DNA of 64,000 nucleotides from Phoronis australis (taxonomy: Eukaryota; Animalia; Phoronida). Position 1 is the first letter of the stretch. Each line of letters begins with the position of its first letter. The notes beneath the pieces are model-generated. The model saw only the letters and a list, made by a program, of their open reading frames with translations. It was not told where the DNA came from and did no database searches. The stretch is taken from positions 1 to 64,000 of the forward strand of contig NMRA01000387.1 in the NCBI GenBank assembly GCA_002633005.1. Direction: 5' to 3'. A program made the position numbers and the translations under genes. Below, one piece after another: positions 37,408-50,900 of this stretch.

Positions 37408-40400
37408 CATCACCCACACCCACACCCACAAATGTATAATTTTTTCAGTGCATATTCCGGACTTTCTAAACTTTGTAATAAAGAAAGAAGTTAGTATTCA
37501 TAGTTTGACCAAGGTTGTCCCACATATTCCAGTCAAAACTTCTGTTTGAAATTGACGATTTTTATACAGTGATGTTGTATCTTGTTTAAAAATTTAGTGC
37601 GTACTCCTAACTTCACTGTATATATTAATCGATGGCTCATCAACTGTTAAAGTCCTTATCTCAAAATGCCAATGTGGCTTCAGTACCAGAAAATACTTAA
37701 TAAATAAAATCTTATTTTCGAAACCCTTTCGTTATATTCTTTTCGCCTTCGTGCCATAAGCGTTTTTTACCTGTATTTGACCCTTCTCTGTGACTGTCAT
37801 CGGTAATTTCCGTACCCACAAAAAGCGAACTTTGTTCAATTTGCGTGTTTCTGTGCAAAAACTTATAAGGTATATTCGAATTATTTTACTGTGAATTTCC
37901 CATTCAGGTGATCTTACACTAAGCTAAAAATAGTTGAAATGGATTTTTGTTTGAATGTCAACTGCTGTTCAAGGCTTGATTAGTTGTCACAGAATTATTC
38001 ATATTTTTCTAAATTTTAAGTCTAAATTGCTTTGAAGTCATATTTTGTTGCTTCCTTAATTCAGGTTATCAAGTCAACAATATGAAGAAACTTAATTAGA
38101 GAAATAGGTTATGTTGGATTGTGAAGCTTCAAGCCTCCAATTCTTGTTCCTTGCAACTTCATATTTTTAAATCATGCTTGTCAAATTCTGGTGTAAGGAA
38201 ACACTAAATGGTCACAATGGCAATATTTACATGCATGTCCACTTTCATACCATGAAAACGTGGGCTGTTGGACAGTGTTTGTAATGCATAAATGTTATAA
38301 AGTACTGTGCATTCTAAGTTACTTATTATGGTAAAAGGTTGAATCATTTTGGCTTACATAGCGTTCCTATACTGAGATTATTTCAGTTTTGACTTATGTA
38401 CAGTAGATATAAATGTCAACTACCTTGAAAGTCTTTAAGGAGTAATACACTTTATTCACGTAAAGACAAAAATACAATTAATACAAAGTAATGCTTATAG
38501 AGACTCTGTGACGGAACTGAAACCAAATATAGAGTTCCGACTGAAAGCACTTGATTTTGATTAAATCATAATCGTCCTCTGATTTGTTCTTTCAGTTCAA
38601 TGATTGAGTGACCAAAGCATGATATAATTAGCTTGCCATGAATAATATGTTCGCTAACATCTTCAGGCAACATTTCTTAATGCCTTGGATTTACTATTAT
38701 TTCAATAGATTAATACGTAAATTTAAAAAACATCATACTGTTGAAAACCAAGTTCACTGGAAGTTTTTCATTTCATGGGTTCTTACAATTCTGTCAATGA
38801 GATTGCCACCCCAACTCAAATTACAATTATCGATGTGGTTCAGTTGTAACGTCACAGTTGTAACGTCACTTCCTCCGTACTCACTGCTTAATAAATAAAA
38901 AACGATAACATTTTGTATTGGACTTGTCATACGTATGTGCTCGAACGCGCACCCTATTTGGAGAAATGGAAAAAGAACTGCCTAAGTCGGAGAATCAAGA
39001 ACTCCGAAAAAAAGTAGAAAACGAGACAAAAGTCCACCAGAAGGCAGGAAGTACCACGAATTTGGCGTCTGCAATTCATAGCTCTGAACATACCCAGTGA
39101 ATCTTATAGTAAAAGGTACACATTCTCAAAATTTCGAGCCCCCCCCCCCAAGCTTTAGGCTTGATGCGCTCATGCAAAGTCTGGGCAAATCTCTCTTGAA
39201 AGCCGACATGTTCGCACAGTTCGCCAGAAGACCCCAAGTTCGAAATAAACCTCGTTTGAGGGGGCCAGGGACCAGGTAGGCCTAAGGGTAGCCTTGGCGC
39301 AAATGTGTAACAAGCTGATAGCTGGCAAGCTAGCTAACCTAAAGCCTGCCGCGGCAGTGTGACACAGGACGAACCAGCCCGTAATTTGATGCAAGTGTAT
39401 GAAACTACCTTTGTATGTATACGGCATTTATGATTTGAACCTTTTACTACCACAAAACAGCTTGCAACCGCATGCCTTTACCGTTCGCCAGTGCTCTTGG
39501 TCCGCACCTGGTCCGATGGACTGCGGGCTCGAGTCCCGCCCGGTAAAATAATTGCTGTCAAAATTTATTCGCCACTTTTGTCAGCAATTTTGATACAATT
39601 GTCCGTATTTTGATTTTATTAATGTTAAGGCGCGCTATCGATTATTTTATCTCCGTTTGCAGTCGCACAGATGGTGTATACTAAGCCTGCCTCTAGTTCA
39701 GTAACGCTAGGACCTCGCTAAAAGGCAAGACTTCGAGATATTACGTGAGATATTGCCGTGCATTTTAAATGAGAACACGTGACTTTGACTAGGTTTTAGG
39801 TAGGTCCTAGCGTAGGTCCTAGCGTCTACTGAACGCACGCCTGGGTTCCTGAATGAATTCTACTTCCGGGGTCGTGATAAGTTCAAAATGGCGGTGTGTT
39901 CTTCGGGTCCTAATCGTGAGTGGCTTGTTTATTTAAACTTTATTCGATTACGGATAATGTATTAGTTATGGGGTAGGTACTTCTTAGATCCTTATAACAT
40001 CCTCTAACCATGTAATAAGGGTTAACAACGTGTGCTTCTTGGACATTAAGACCCAATGGTAATGAAAAAATGTATTTCCAGTCCCCAGTAGCGTAAAATT
40101 TCTCAGATACCTTTGACCGTCTCCGGCATCCACTTGTCGGAGTTTGCAAGTCTTACAGTCTCTCGGTCGTGCAAAGCTCGCCAGGTGGCGTGGGCTACAC
40201 TGTTTGTCGAATCGAATTGCCATCTAAAATGCATCAACAAGTAAAGCGAGCGAAATAGATGTGCTATAAATCTACTTTTAATTAAAATTATTCAGTAAAG
40301 TGAAGAAAGCGTCTGTAATCAAGGCCAGTATTTAAGTACACATTTTGACGTATGCATTCGTACGAGAATTAGAATTAAGATAAGTAGTTTCAGTTCGATA

Positions 40401-43400
40401 TTTAATTTCGACAACAATTTTACATAAAAATTGTTCGCACTCGGACCACACTTTGTTATTTCGATGTTCATATAATCTATAGAAATAAATTGTATTCCAC
40501 GGCGCGGCAGCTAACAAAAAAGAACATCTGTTACGACCACTCTATGGTTAAATATTTACAGCCTGAAAATACTAGAATTCACACCAACTTTACAAACGTT
40601 TGAAAATTGAGTACTAGACAGTTCGCTTTTGTCAAAACCCCCGTAGTATGAACACAAACCTGTAAACATTGTTGTCAGAATCTTCACCCAACAATTCACT
40701 CAGATCTTCTTTCAAATTTGCGGGAAGTCTTCCGAAACAGTATGCAAAAAGCGGGTCACATGTTCCATATTCGTCTAGATAATGAATAGATTGCAAACAA
40801 TGATTTTTTCCTTTGAGATTTATTATGCCCCCAAATCATTTACCATACTAGATTTGTATTCAGAGAACCCAGTTATCTCAAAACGTGTTTGGTTGTATTT
40901 TTATATTGATTTGGAGTTGTTAGTTGAACATTTTTCCACAGAAAGACCACTGAAAATCCACAAAAATGATGTGCATACTTCCCCATTTCAAACTAGCCTC
41001 AATCATACAGGGCTTCGATTGTCAATGGTCGTGTCGACCCCTGACGGCCAATCGCACTAGGTATCTGCTGCTGACTTGGCAAGCTACGACTTACAATTCT
41101 TGTAACAAATATTTTTGGAAAGAGCAGCTAATATTAATGATGAATCCCTATTTTTCAAATAACTCAAAGAAGTGCCCCATTTTCAGATTCTCAAACAAAA
41201 AATTACAAAACTGTCACGAAACAGCCACCAACAGCAACAAAAATGTTCGCACCAGCAAACAACACGTTCGTTGATTTGATGCGTGGTCTGGTCTTTGCTC
41301 AAAACAACTACCTGACCATGGCGTTATGAGTAACACAACAGTTGATCACGGGATATTTTTGAGGTCATGTTTTATAAACAATGACATCATCAAAACCCTG
41401 GTTGCTTACGTTTTGGGATTTGATACAAATAAAACGAAATACAAATCGTAAAATAGGCAGGAAATTAGTAAATTGATGATTGATAATCTTTAAATACTTG
41501 TATGTATGCGTTTTTATAGCTTTTGAAAAAAGCGTGAACTAAGTTAAAGGAGAATGCCACCCGATTTAATTAGTCTTTTTTACCGTCTTGATTGGTCTAT
41601 ATTCACATCGCCTCTTATACGGTCGACCTCAACATGCCGAGAGGTGTCGCGTTAACCTGTGAGGAAGGTGAGAAGCGACGCAGCGACGTCAATGGTTCGT
41701 CTGCAGAGTAAATAACGCTATATAGCGGTACATCGGTTCCCGCTTGTCCGAACTATGAAGCTGCGAAGAAAGCGGGTATATCAATTTTTAGACTTCCTCG
41801 GGAGCCCGAAATGCTTAGTAAGTGGCTCGCGGTAGTGAAGAATGAAAGGTACGCTGTTAATAGCAAGTATGAGGCCGTGAAACATCTCCGTTTGTGTTGC
41901 CGGCATTTCGTCGACAGTGATTTCTCTGACGAATTCCTGCTTACCAAAGAACTATCCATACGTTCCGTTGCCTATGCATGTTCACGGCGCCTCTCTAGTA
42001 TTTCTTGATCAGTGTATTACGGTTCAAACTTAACTGATAGCCTGTGAAACCTAACGATCGCGGACCCGTGAAGTCTTCGTCGGGACTGGCGCCGTGAAGA
42101 TGTTTATTATTCTGCGTTCTGTTTCAAAATGAATTATTCTCACCCTAAAATGATCCTAACCAATGCTTATATGAAACTGAAACAAAGTCCGTATTATTCG
42201 ATACAATTTGTAATGCCTTGGAGTGCTCGTGAGTGCAAATGTTTTGAGACGTCAACAATGAATAAACCACTGCGTTACCGGCTTTTGATGCCGGCAACAA
42301 AGGTAATTGACAGGGCACCGAGGCCGTGTGAGCGCATGCTAATTCAGTGTTTGCTGACAGAAACCTGTTGTGAAACAATTACTCGATTTTATATGCTATT
42401 TTCAAATGTTAGGGGAATCTTTATTTAGAAATACAAATACATTATTCAAATCATTATTACTGTACAGCCTTTGCCCTGACGGTCTGTGGAAGGGGAACCC
42501 GACTTCGCGGCCCCCGACAAGTAGATTTTCAATTTCGTGGCTAATTCACATAAATAATTACGTGCACATTATCTCTTTGGCTCACTATTAGAGTGTTTTC
42601 GTGACTGGAGGTTTAGTTTCCAACTCAAGCTGGTTTATGTTCGTGCCAGTCCCGGCGGCCGCGACGGACCTAATCGGGTTCCGAGCCACTGGCCGGGATA
42701 ACAAGCGTTTTGTGTGTTTAGAACTAAAAAAATCAAAAGTAAAAACAACACAGATCTAGGTTCTCCTGTCTGTATTTCACGGAGAATACTTCGAATTTAT
42801 CTCCGAACAGACCCCAAACTCCTGCTACGGACCTTGGTAAATTGGCCTCCTGCCGAACTTTGTAGGCTACGGTGTGTCCAAATACCAGTAAATCCGAGGT
42901 AACAGAGAAATAAAACAACACGTATTTTTAAGGGTTTTGCATCTAAGTTTGATGATTTATCGGTGTTAAATGATGAATTCAAGCGATAAGCTGACACCAG
43001 TAACCCGTGTTGTGAACTGCTGAACAGACTGCGTGTGAAACCAATTGCGTCACTGGATAATTTCAACACCTCCGTCTGCCGTCAGGTGTCAGGTAACGCA
43101 ACCGAGCCTGCCGTTATCGAGTAGAACTACTTGATCTAAATTGATACAAAATAGGTTGTTTTTTGAGTGTAATTCTCCTTTAAAATTAATGCGGGCGGGC
43201 ACTTTTCTAAGTAGTGAAATTTCAAAATGAGTCAGGACGCACACCAGAACCAATATGTTTTTGGACTGACCTTGCAGTACATCAGTGACGTTGACAGGCC
43301 ACGCTGTTCCTGCCTTGAACCACCAGAACGGACGCCACCTGGCTCCGGCAATGTAAGTAACTGGATAAATACTTTTATCTGAAACAATCCATTTAACTCA

Positions 43401-43802
43401 ATCAGATTTGTTGCGTTTGTCAATTTGGAACTGAGGAAAAATCAAAACTCAAAACTTTTATCCACAGCACCTACCTTGACTGAGAATTTTTCGTTTAACA
43501 ATAAGGATCCACTGTTGGTTAGTTAGCTGTAATTTTGGCAGACGACCGTCATATGAGACAGTGGCGCACGTGCGGCTACTTGCGTGATAATCTGCGCCAT
43601 CACACGCAGGGTTTGAAGTGCAAAACATCGCACATTGACTCGCAGATGCTGCCGTTGCATTCTCAATTGTTGTGCTGCTCGGTCCCGAAAGATAACCAGA
43701 TCGCAAAACATATACATCTTCTCTAAAACGATCTGACTGTTCGGCTCTCAAAACCATCAACCAAAGAATAGCAGTTGCCACAATCTTCTCCGACATCACC
43801 AT
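34986..43802 (-). CDS. Gene B: diverged paralog of gene A, 327 aa, 6 exons
   Basis: complement(join(34986..35065,36586..36825,40111..40223,40660..40774,43271..43378,43475..43802)) = 984 nt, open to TAG. All introns are GT-AG with phases 1,1,2,1,1, as in gene A. Confidence 0.9.
36586..36825 (-). CDS. Gene B exon 5
   Basis: tttccag|GA...AAAG|gtaacg. Reads GSAPSANQDSVQYRKEHGVMSLMIDDDGCDCISSLSIGHGMCGAGFNSQYGVENSYGADLLYDPGCNSPSNSNGLTLYFK. Confidence 0.9.
37366..37431. repeat. (CA)n microsatellite
   Basis: Imperfect ca/caccca run. Confidence 0.9.
37651..40045 (-). mobile_element. K1 Kolobok-type element in gene B intron 4
   Basis: TTAA|agtccttatctca ... ggaca|TTAA. Reverse complement of 45732-47970, with internal indels. 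Confidence 0.75.
40111..40223 (-). CDS. Gene B exon 4
   Basis: ttttag|A...AAAG|gtatct. Reads WQFDSTNSVAHATWRALHDRETVRLANSDKWMPETVK. Confidence 0.9.
40660..40774 (-). CDS. Gene B exon 3
   Basis: atctag|AC...AG|gtttgt. Reads DEYGTCDPLFAYCFGRLPANLKEDLSELLGEDSDNNVYR. Confidence 0.9.
41548..43179 (+). mobile_element. Kolobok-type element, family K2, with a THAP-domain relic, in gene B intron 2
   Basis: TTAA|aggagaat ... attctcct|TTAA, with an internal THAP-like reading frame. Confidence 0.75.
41727..41940 (+). pseudogene. THAP zinc-finger domain remnant
   Basis: GTSVPACPNYEAAKKAGISIFRLPREPEMLSKWLAVVKNERYAVNSKYEAVKHLRLCCRHFVDSDF keeps the P, W, LC..HF and DF hallmarks. The first Cys is lost and there is an upstream in-frame stop. 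Confidence 0.7.
43271..43378 (-). CDS. Gene B exon 2
   Basis: tttcag|AT...CAAG|gtcagt. Reads DKSIYPVTYIAGARWRPFWWFKAGTAWPVNVTDVLQ. Confidence 0.9.
43475..43802 (-). CDS. Gene B exon 1: signal peptide plus PAN/Apple domain
   Basis: Signal IVATAILWLMVLRA. PAN pattern SASQCAMFC-x5-CDGADY-x6-C. Donor CAAG|gtaggt. Confidence 0.88.
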
Positions 43803-44399
43803 GTTCTTTACTTAGGTCGATCACACTAAAGCAGCCAAAGCAATATAACTTTAGATGTATATAACACTGGTCTCCAGTAAACGGTATTAATGCTCACAAT
43901 TTAAAATCAGCAAACGGGATGAGTGCAAACAATCTTTTAGGAAGTCAAATGCGACCAATTTCCCAAGGCAAACACGAACAATTCAATAGTACATTTTCGT
44001 CTAAAGAGTAAATGTTTCTCACGATAGATATATTAGTATAATAGTGATAAAAGATAGGGTGTCCCAAAAAGTCCATTGCCATCGAACCCTTATGAAAGAC
44101 CTACCACGCAATCGGTGTCGACAGTGAGATAGGGGTCTATGCAAGAATATTGATGCGTGACTTCCCAAAGAATCCGGCCGAACGCAATATCCATAAGATC
44201 TAGTCTGCCTGCAAGCGTTGCCGGTAAACATTAGCCCTGGAATATATTGCCAGATTTGTTAGTACTATAAAGCATCAGTTAAGAACAATTGTTAAACGAA
44301 AAAAATCCATTCATAGTTCAGCGTGGCCTCAACAGAGTCAATACCTCAATCTTGTTTTGGTAATCTTCCGCAATGCAGAAGACATATCTATTGTTTGTC

Positions 44400-45420
44400 T
44401 AATCAGTAACCAAAACAAATAAAATGGGAAACATTTATGATAATTTTCTAAATTGTCCTGTTCATATATTTTGCAAACACTCGACTTCTACTGTGAATTA
44501 TTTTGTTGATGGCGCAATTAATGCATGGGTGATTCGTGTGAGCCAGGAGCTATTTTGTTCGTGGTGGATTACGTATGATAATTACAGAGAGATAAATCAA
44601 CCCCACTTTTCAGATTTCGCTCTCACCAGCGGTTATGTTAACAAAATATTCTGAGTGATGAATACCAGAAAATGATTTTACTCTGAACAAGAGGCGTCTT
44701 TTTATTCTACGAATCCCAATTTTCTTTCGGAAGTCACAGAAGTTAAAAAAAAATCCACAGTTGACTCCAATTGCAGAGAAGCGGCGACTAGACTTTTCCA
44801 GACTTTGTGTGAATGAATCTCAGCCATCGTGTGTCACACAGAATGAGAACTTTTCAGTTAATTCATGCGCCCTTTGTTCCAATCGAACACAATTTTGAAC
44901 TGCAGAAATCTCACAACTCCTCAATTGTCCTCCATCTTGGTGCATCGAAAAGTCCTCGATTTCTGCGCAGACGTTTGACCACTGGTTGCACGGGTGCCCA
45001 GCACAAAGGCGTCTGTTCTCTGCAATACGAGTCAAGTGTAGTAGTGTTTCGGACGTCTAAGAACAATAAGACAGTCTTTGGGTCGGATTTCTTGGGTCAA
45101 AGATTACACCATTGGTAACCTGGAAAATTATCTTCGTATTCGTGTTCTAGAATATGTCCGGGACATTTCTGGAACACCTTGTATTCCTAGGTAACAGAAG
45201 AAATCAAACTAAACACACTAAATAAAGAAGGTTTTTGTTTGGAGAACATACACCTGTCCAATACTGCTGTGACTCATAAAGGTATCTACCTGAAAGGACT
45301 GGGGTCTGAAACAAAGAAATGATTGTGAAACAGGAAATGAGCAAAATAAAGCATGAAATCGCCGTCTCCAAATTTAGCTTCACTATATTTACAATATAAG
45401 TATACATAATGTGCAGAACT
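44400..45420 (+). repeat. Old interspersed repeat, with an inverted copy at ~54845-55740
   Basis: For example, 45300-45410 is the diverged reverse complement of 54850-54960. Boundaries are approximate. Confidence 0.55.
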
Positions 45421-45731
45421 AACTTTGACAAAGGTAGGCCGTCATGGGATCACTGTTAATAAATATGAAGAGTGCCACGTGACCTATACTTTCAAGAATG
45501 TGACAAACATAACCAAACGCATTACATTGAGTTATGCATCTACATGTATAAGGTGTACAGGTAAATATCCTGCTTTCTCGTCAACATTTAACTCTATGCT
45601 CTGCTAATGATCGCATGACATACATATCATTTATGGCCGAGATTTTGAGTTAAAAAACTTGAGACTTGAGCATTTAGCGTTAATGTTGGAGTCATCAAGT
45701 GCAAACTATTACAAGACACTTGTTCACTTAA

Positions 45732-47970
45732 AGTGCTTCTCTCACGCGTTGTTAACCCTTATTACATGGTTAGAGGATGTTATAAGGATCCAAGAAGTAC
45801 TTACCCCATAACTAATACAAGATCCGTACTCAAAAAAAGTTTAAATGAAAGCGCCACTCACGATTCCCACCCGAAGAACCACCGCCATTTTGAACTTGCC
45901 GTGAACCCGGAAGTACAATTCATTCAGGAACCCAGGCCGAGAAAACGCCGTCAGTGCGACTGGAGCAGTGCATGTACTGTTACCAGCCAGCAAATGGGGA
46001 TAAAATAATCGACAGCGAGCCTTAATNTTGTTAGTAGGCCTATACAGCTTTGCGCCAAGGCTACCCTTAGGCCTAACTGGTCGCTGGCCACAGCGCTCGC
46101 TCAAACGAGGTTTATTTAGAACTTGGGTACTTCTGGCGAACTGTGCAAAGTTGTTGGCTTTCAATAGAGATTTTCCCACTTTGTATGAGCGCACCAAGCC
46201 TAAAAGAATGGGAGGGGGGCTGGAATTTTTGGGAATGTCTATCTTTTATTATAAGATTCAGTGGGTATGTTCAGAGCTATGAATTGCAGACTCTAAATTT
46301 TGGTACTTCCTGTCTTCTAGTGGAATATTGTCTCATTTTCTACTTTTTTCGGAATTCGTGCTTCTGTGACTGAGGCAGACCTTTTTCCAGTTCTCCAAAA
46401 AGGGGCTCGCTCGAGCACATATGTATGACAAGTCCAATACAACATGTTATCATTTTTTATCCATTAACCCAAAATGATTCAAACTTTTAACATAATAAGT
46501 AACTTAAAATGCACAATACTTTACAGCATTTAGCATTACAGACACTATTCAACAGCAACAGTTTCCATGATATGAAAGTGGACATAAATGTAACTATTAC
46601 CATAGTGATGGAATAGTGTTTTCTTACACCAGAATTTGACAAGCATCATTTAAAAAAATATGAAGTTGCAAGGAACAAGAATTAGAGGCTTGAAGCTTCA
46701 CAATCCAATATAGCTTATTTCTCAAATTAAGATTATTCATATTGTTGACTTGAGAACCTGAATTAAGAAGCAATAAGTTACAAAACATGACTTGAAACCA
46801 ACTGAGACTTAAAATTTAGAAAAATATGAATCATTTTGTGACACCGAATCAAGTCTTGAACAGCAGTTGACGGTCAAACAAAAAACCATTTCAAAATTAT
46901 TTCACTATTTTTTAGCTTAGTGTAAGATCATATGAATGGGAAATTTACAGTAAAATAATTCGAATATATCTTATATTTATGCACAAAAAACACGAAAATT
47001 GAACAAAGTTTCTTTTTTGTAGCAACGTTTGTCAAAATGTATCAACGTTAAATCTTCACAAATTACAAAGTAACCGGTTGAACATGCCTTTCAGTTCAGC
47101 AAAAGTCGCCATGTTGTCGGTGCCGCCAGAAATGAGACGAAGTCCAACGGGAATTGTGAGCACATTTATTACTTAATGTGTAACAACTGCGAGGCTGAAA
47201 TTTGGTGAACACTGTTAAATCGTGCAGAATAGTAAGTAAAGATATGTCTAATTAAGTTTCACCGTAATTTGTAGCGAAAACAATTTACACAAAGTTTTAA
47301 ACTCGTAACTTATCCCGCTGTCCTCCAATATGGCCGACCGATCCAAACAAAGTGACCCAAATTTCGACACCGACAAAACGTGCAATAACTTTACACTGCT
47401 TGCCCCGATTTTGATACTGTTTCGATTTTTACTGAGTAGAATGTACTACCTTTCCGATGATAGCAAAGTACTTTTTCAAAACGAGAAAAAAAATAAAACC
47501 GAAAAAAAATTGGTTCGACACATATTGGTTCCTCGGTTCGACCGGCCTACGTAAGGAACTAAACACCAATGCTATTTTAACATACTAAGTACGCGTAACA
47601 TTCCAAAAAAAAATTCAACGACCACTAACTACAAACTATAAATACACTACATATGAAAACGAATCACGAGATATTACTAATAAAACAAAATAATGAAGAC
47701 TTTTCGAGCAAGCCATAGCACATTCAGTTACAAGGAAAAAATGGCGGCGTTCAGGACAAGTTCCTGAACTGATGAGCCGGAAATTTTGGTACGCAAATAA
47801 CCGATGACAGCCGGTAATTATACGCTCACAGAGAAGGGTCAAATACTGTTAAAAAATTGCTTTTGGTAAGAAAGGCGAAAATGATATAAAGAAAGGGTGT
47901 CGAAAATAAGATTTTATGTAGTAAGTATTTTCGGATACTGGAACCACATGGGCAGTTTGAGAGAAGGACT
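45732..47970 (+). mobile_element. K1 Kolobok-type non-autonomous element with both ends (n at 46027)
   Basis: TTAA|agtgcttctctca ... tgagagaaggact|TTAA. Purine-purine termini with a TTAA TSD fit Kolobok rather than piggyBac (CC termini). Confidence 0.8.
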
Positions 47971-50900
47971 TTAACCCATAGAATACATGCAACTCGAGCA
48001 TAGACAACTTATCTTGAAAAATGACATAAATGATTTCGAATTAGAGTAAAAACATCAAAGTCCGGGCACAGGGATCTGTTTCAAATCATGAAAGTGACTT
48101 AAGATTTACAATGGAAATTTGGTCCTTCGGTGTCGGTTGATAAGCGGAGTTATGTCTCGTGGGATATTACTTCATCTACGCCAGTCGAGTTACGTTTGGT
48201 ATTTACCCCATACCCTTCGAATTCCTAAGTTTCATTCATTTTTCGGCAGATTTTTAAAAGCTTCACCACGACTGTTCACGTGGCGGATTACAGCCCATAT
48301 GTATGTACCTACATGTACGCGTTAAGTTACAAATTTTCTCTATAGTAAAAGAAGCATTTTAAATGTAACGATTTATCACTTGAAAAGAGATAACAAAGAT
48401 GAAAACAACGGTAACTGTGCATTGAACTTGAAACATTTCCTAAAAACAGTTAAAAACAACAATATTTGATATTGTAGTTACCGAGGAATCGGCGCCTGAG
48501 TTGCAGACGATATAATTTTTAGCAATTGAAAATTGAGACAAACGTGTCATATAATTTACAGTTTTGTACGTTGAGTGTTATTAATACTGCTGCAATTTCA
48601 TTGCTTTAAACTAACGCCGTCGAGTCTACATTGGTCTGCCTTTTGAACTTTCCATATAAGATGGCACTGTTGAAGTAGTTCGGGAAACAACATCACATGA
48701 CCGTATAGCGGGTTGCAACGCCGCCATATTGGAAATGGGTCAGAATCTTTCATTGTGGTTATTGCGCTATGATTCAGTAAACAAGTACGTCGGCAAGCGT
48801 GCGGGCAAACCAGCCACGGGGAGGTTATACGTGTTGTACTTCAACTTGGAATCATGAGTGAACTTGGAATACATTTCTATTCCTAGTTCACGCAAGTGAT
48901 CTTGAGATTAAGCAAGCACTTGCGACATCTAACAATTTCGAATGGTGGACATGAATTCGCTTGTCGTGAGTTATTGTTTCTGTTTTAATTATTTTTATTG
49001 CCCATTATGTATGTTATTTTGGTCTTGGTAATTGTTTCCAAAGGCGGTTTGACTGGGATGGTTGGGTTTGTGACCGAGGGGCTGAAATGACTGGCAACCT
49101 GGTACCTTTGCAATGAAAAGGATTAAGATCATTAAGAGCTAGGATACAATGAATGTACCGTACCGAGAGGGGTTTTGCACTGAACAGTTTGTCATGCCCC
49201 GTTGTATCTGCCACCTCACCCCCGTGTATACGCCAGTGCTTGGAGCTCGCAATTTGGTCGTAATTGGTGGAAGTGTTTTAATTTACATCTCACTTATGTC
49301 ATCGCCAATCGTTGCCAGCATGGCCTAAGCAGGGATCTGTAATTCTTTCTTATCTGATTATAAGGAAGAAGTTCAGATAACGCTTGTTGAGTAAAAGTGT
49401 TATTTTTGGCAAATAAAGTGGAAATAGTCATTTCATTTTTAAACGTGTAAATGAATATTAGTTTTTCACTTGTATGTGTGATGTCATCAGGTCTAAATAT
49501 TGATGACAGTATGACAAAAGCTACAGAACACAACTCTCTGAAGTTCTGTTGACAGGTTTTGAATGTTCTCATAGAGATGATTAGACTTTTCTGGCCTACG
49601 ATATTTTTGCCTTTCCCTGCTCAGTACAGACCCACATAACAATACCCAATGTATGTAAAGACAGACAAAAGTGGCCCAGTGAAATAATACTGTCTATACC
49701 ACTTGCTTTGGCACAATGGCTTGCAAACCACTGCCCAGCATTCGCTGTTTGAAAAGCAACACCATGTTAGACTGAGTGAGGTAACATGTGCATGTGCGTC
49801 TTTTGCAGGTTGTCGACATCTCTAAATACAGTTGATAACATTTAACAACTGGACTGAAACATGGTGGCATACAGTAATGTTCATACAAATGTTTCCATGT
49901 GTGTGAGGAGCATACAGAGGTAATGACATATATAAGTTGTGTTAATATTAGTTTTTCGTTATGCAAGATAGATGATTTTCATTTTTTTATGCAGTCATTG
50001 TCCTTAAAGGTTGTCTTCTGTCAGGAACGTGTTTGTTCCACCAACGCTTTCATTTATAGGTTGTATTTAGTTGTACATAGTATAAGCGGGGCCCGCCCCC
50101 TCCCCCTTGGGTGCCGCCAGCAAAATGAAACAGAAACAGCGTGAAGCGCGAAGAAAAAGAGAGTTCACTAACTAGGACCGGTAGCGGATGGGGGACTCAG
50201 ATCCCACATTGAGGTGGAATCGTGTTCATGTTTTTTTAGTCCACCGATAAATTTTCTGAACAGAAGGTCCGCATCCTCAGCTCCCACAACTTCCGGGCCC
50301 CCTGTGCATATACAATCACGCTTTGCCCAATTTCCTGAGGCAACATGTTGGGCCGCCCCCCTTATGGTATCCTAGATCCGCCACTGTATAGTACATAAAA
50401 TACTTGAATGCGATGAGTTATCTTGTTTGAATCTGCTGACAAATAAATTATCATTGTCAAAATGTGGAAACAGAGAATAATAGATTTTCCAATTACTTGA
50501 TTTTCTTATAGATGAAACATTCAACTACTGACAATAAATCTGGATCCTTGTTCACTTTTCAAAACTCGTTGTAAATGTATTTGTCACAGGTATTATGCAC
50601 GTCAACATGAAAACAATTTTGTCTGTAATGCGTATTTTTGATTGATTATCGTGTTTGCATAAAAGGAATTGGTCTCACTGACAGCACATGTTAGTGAACA
50701 TCTTTATCGCTTACACAAAATCGGTGATAACCATTCGTGCTACTGTGCCCTGTCTGTAGGTCAACAGATTAGCCAAAGTTGGAGGACCCCATTTCATTGC
50801 TGTTACAGCATTTGAAGCTGCTTGCCAATGAATCACCTTAAATGCAGCATATGTCCCTCTCAGGTCTATGTAACCTAATCTGCCTGATAGATCAGTCTAT

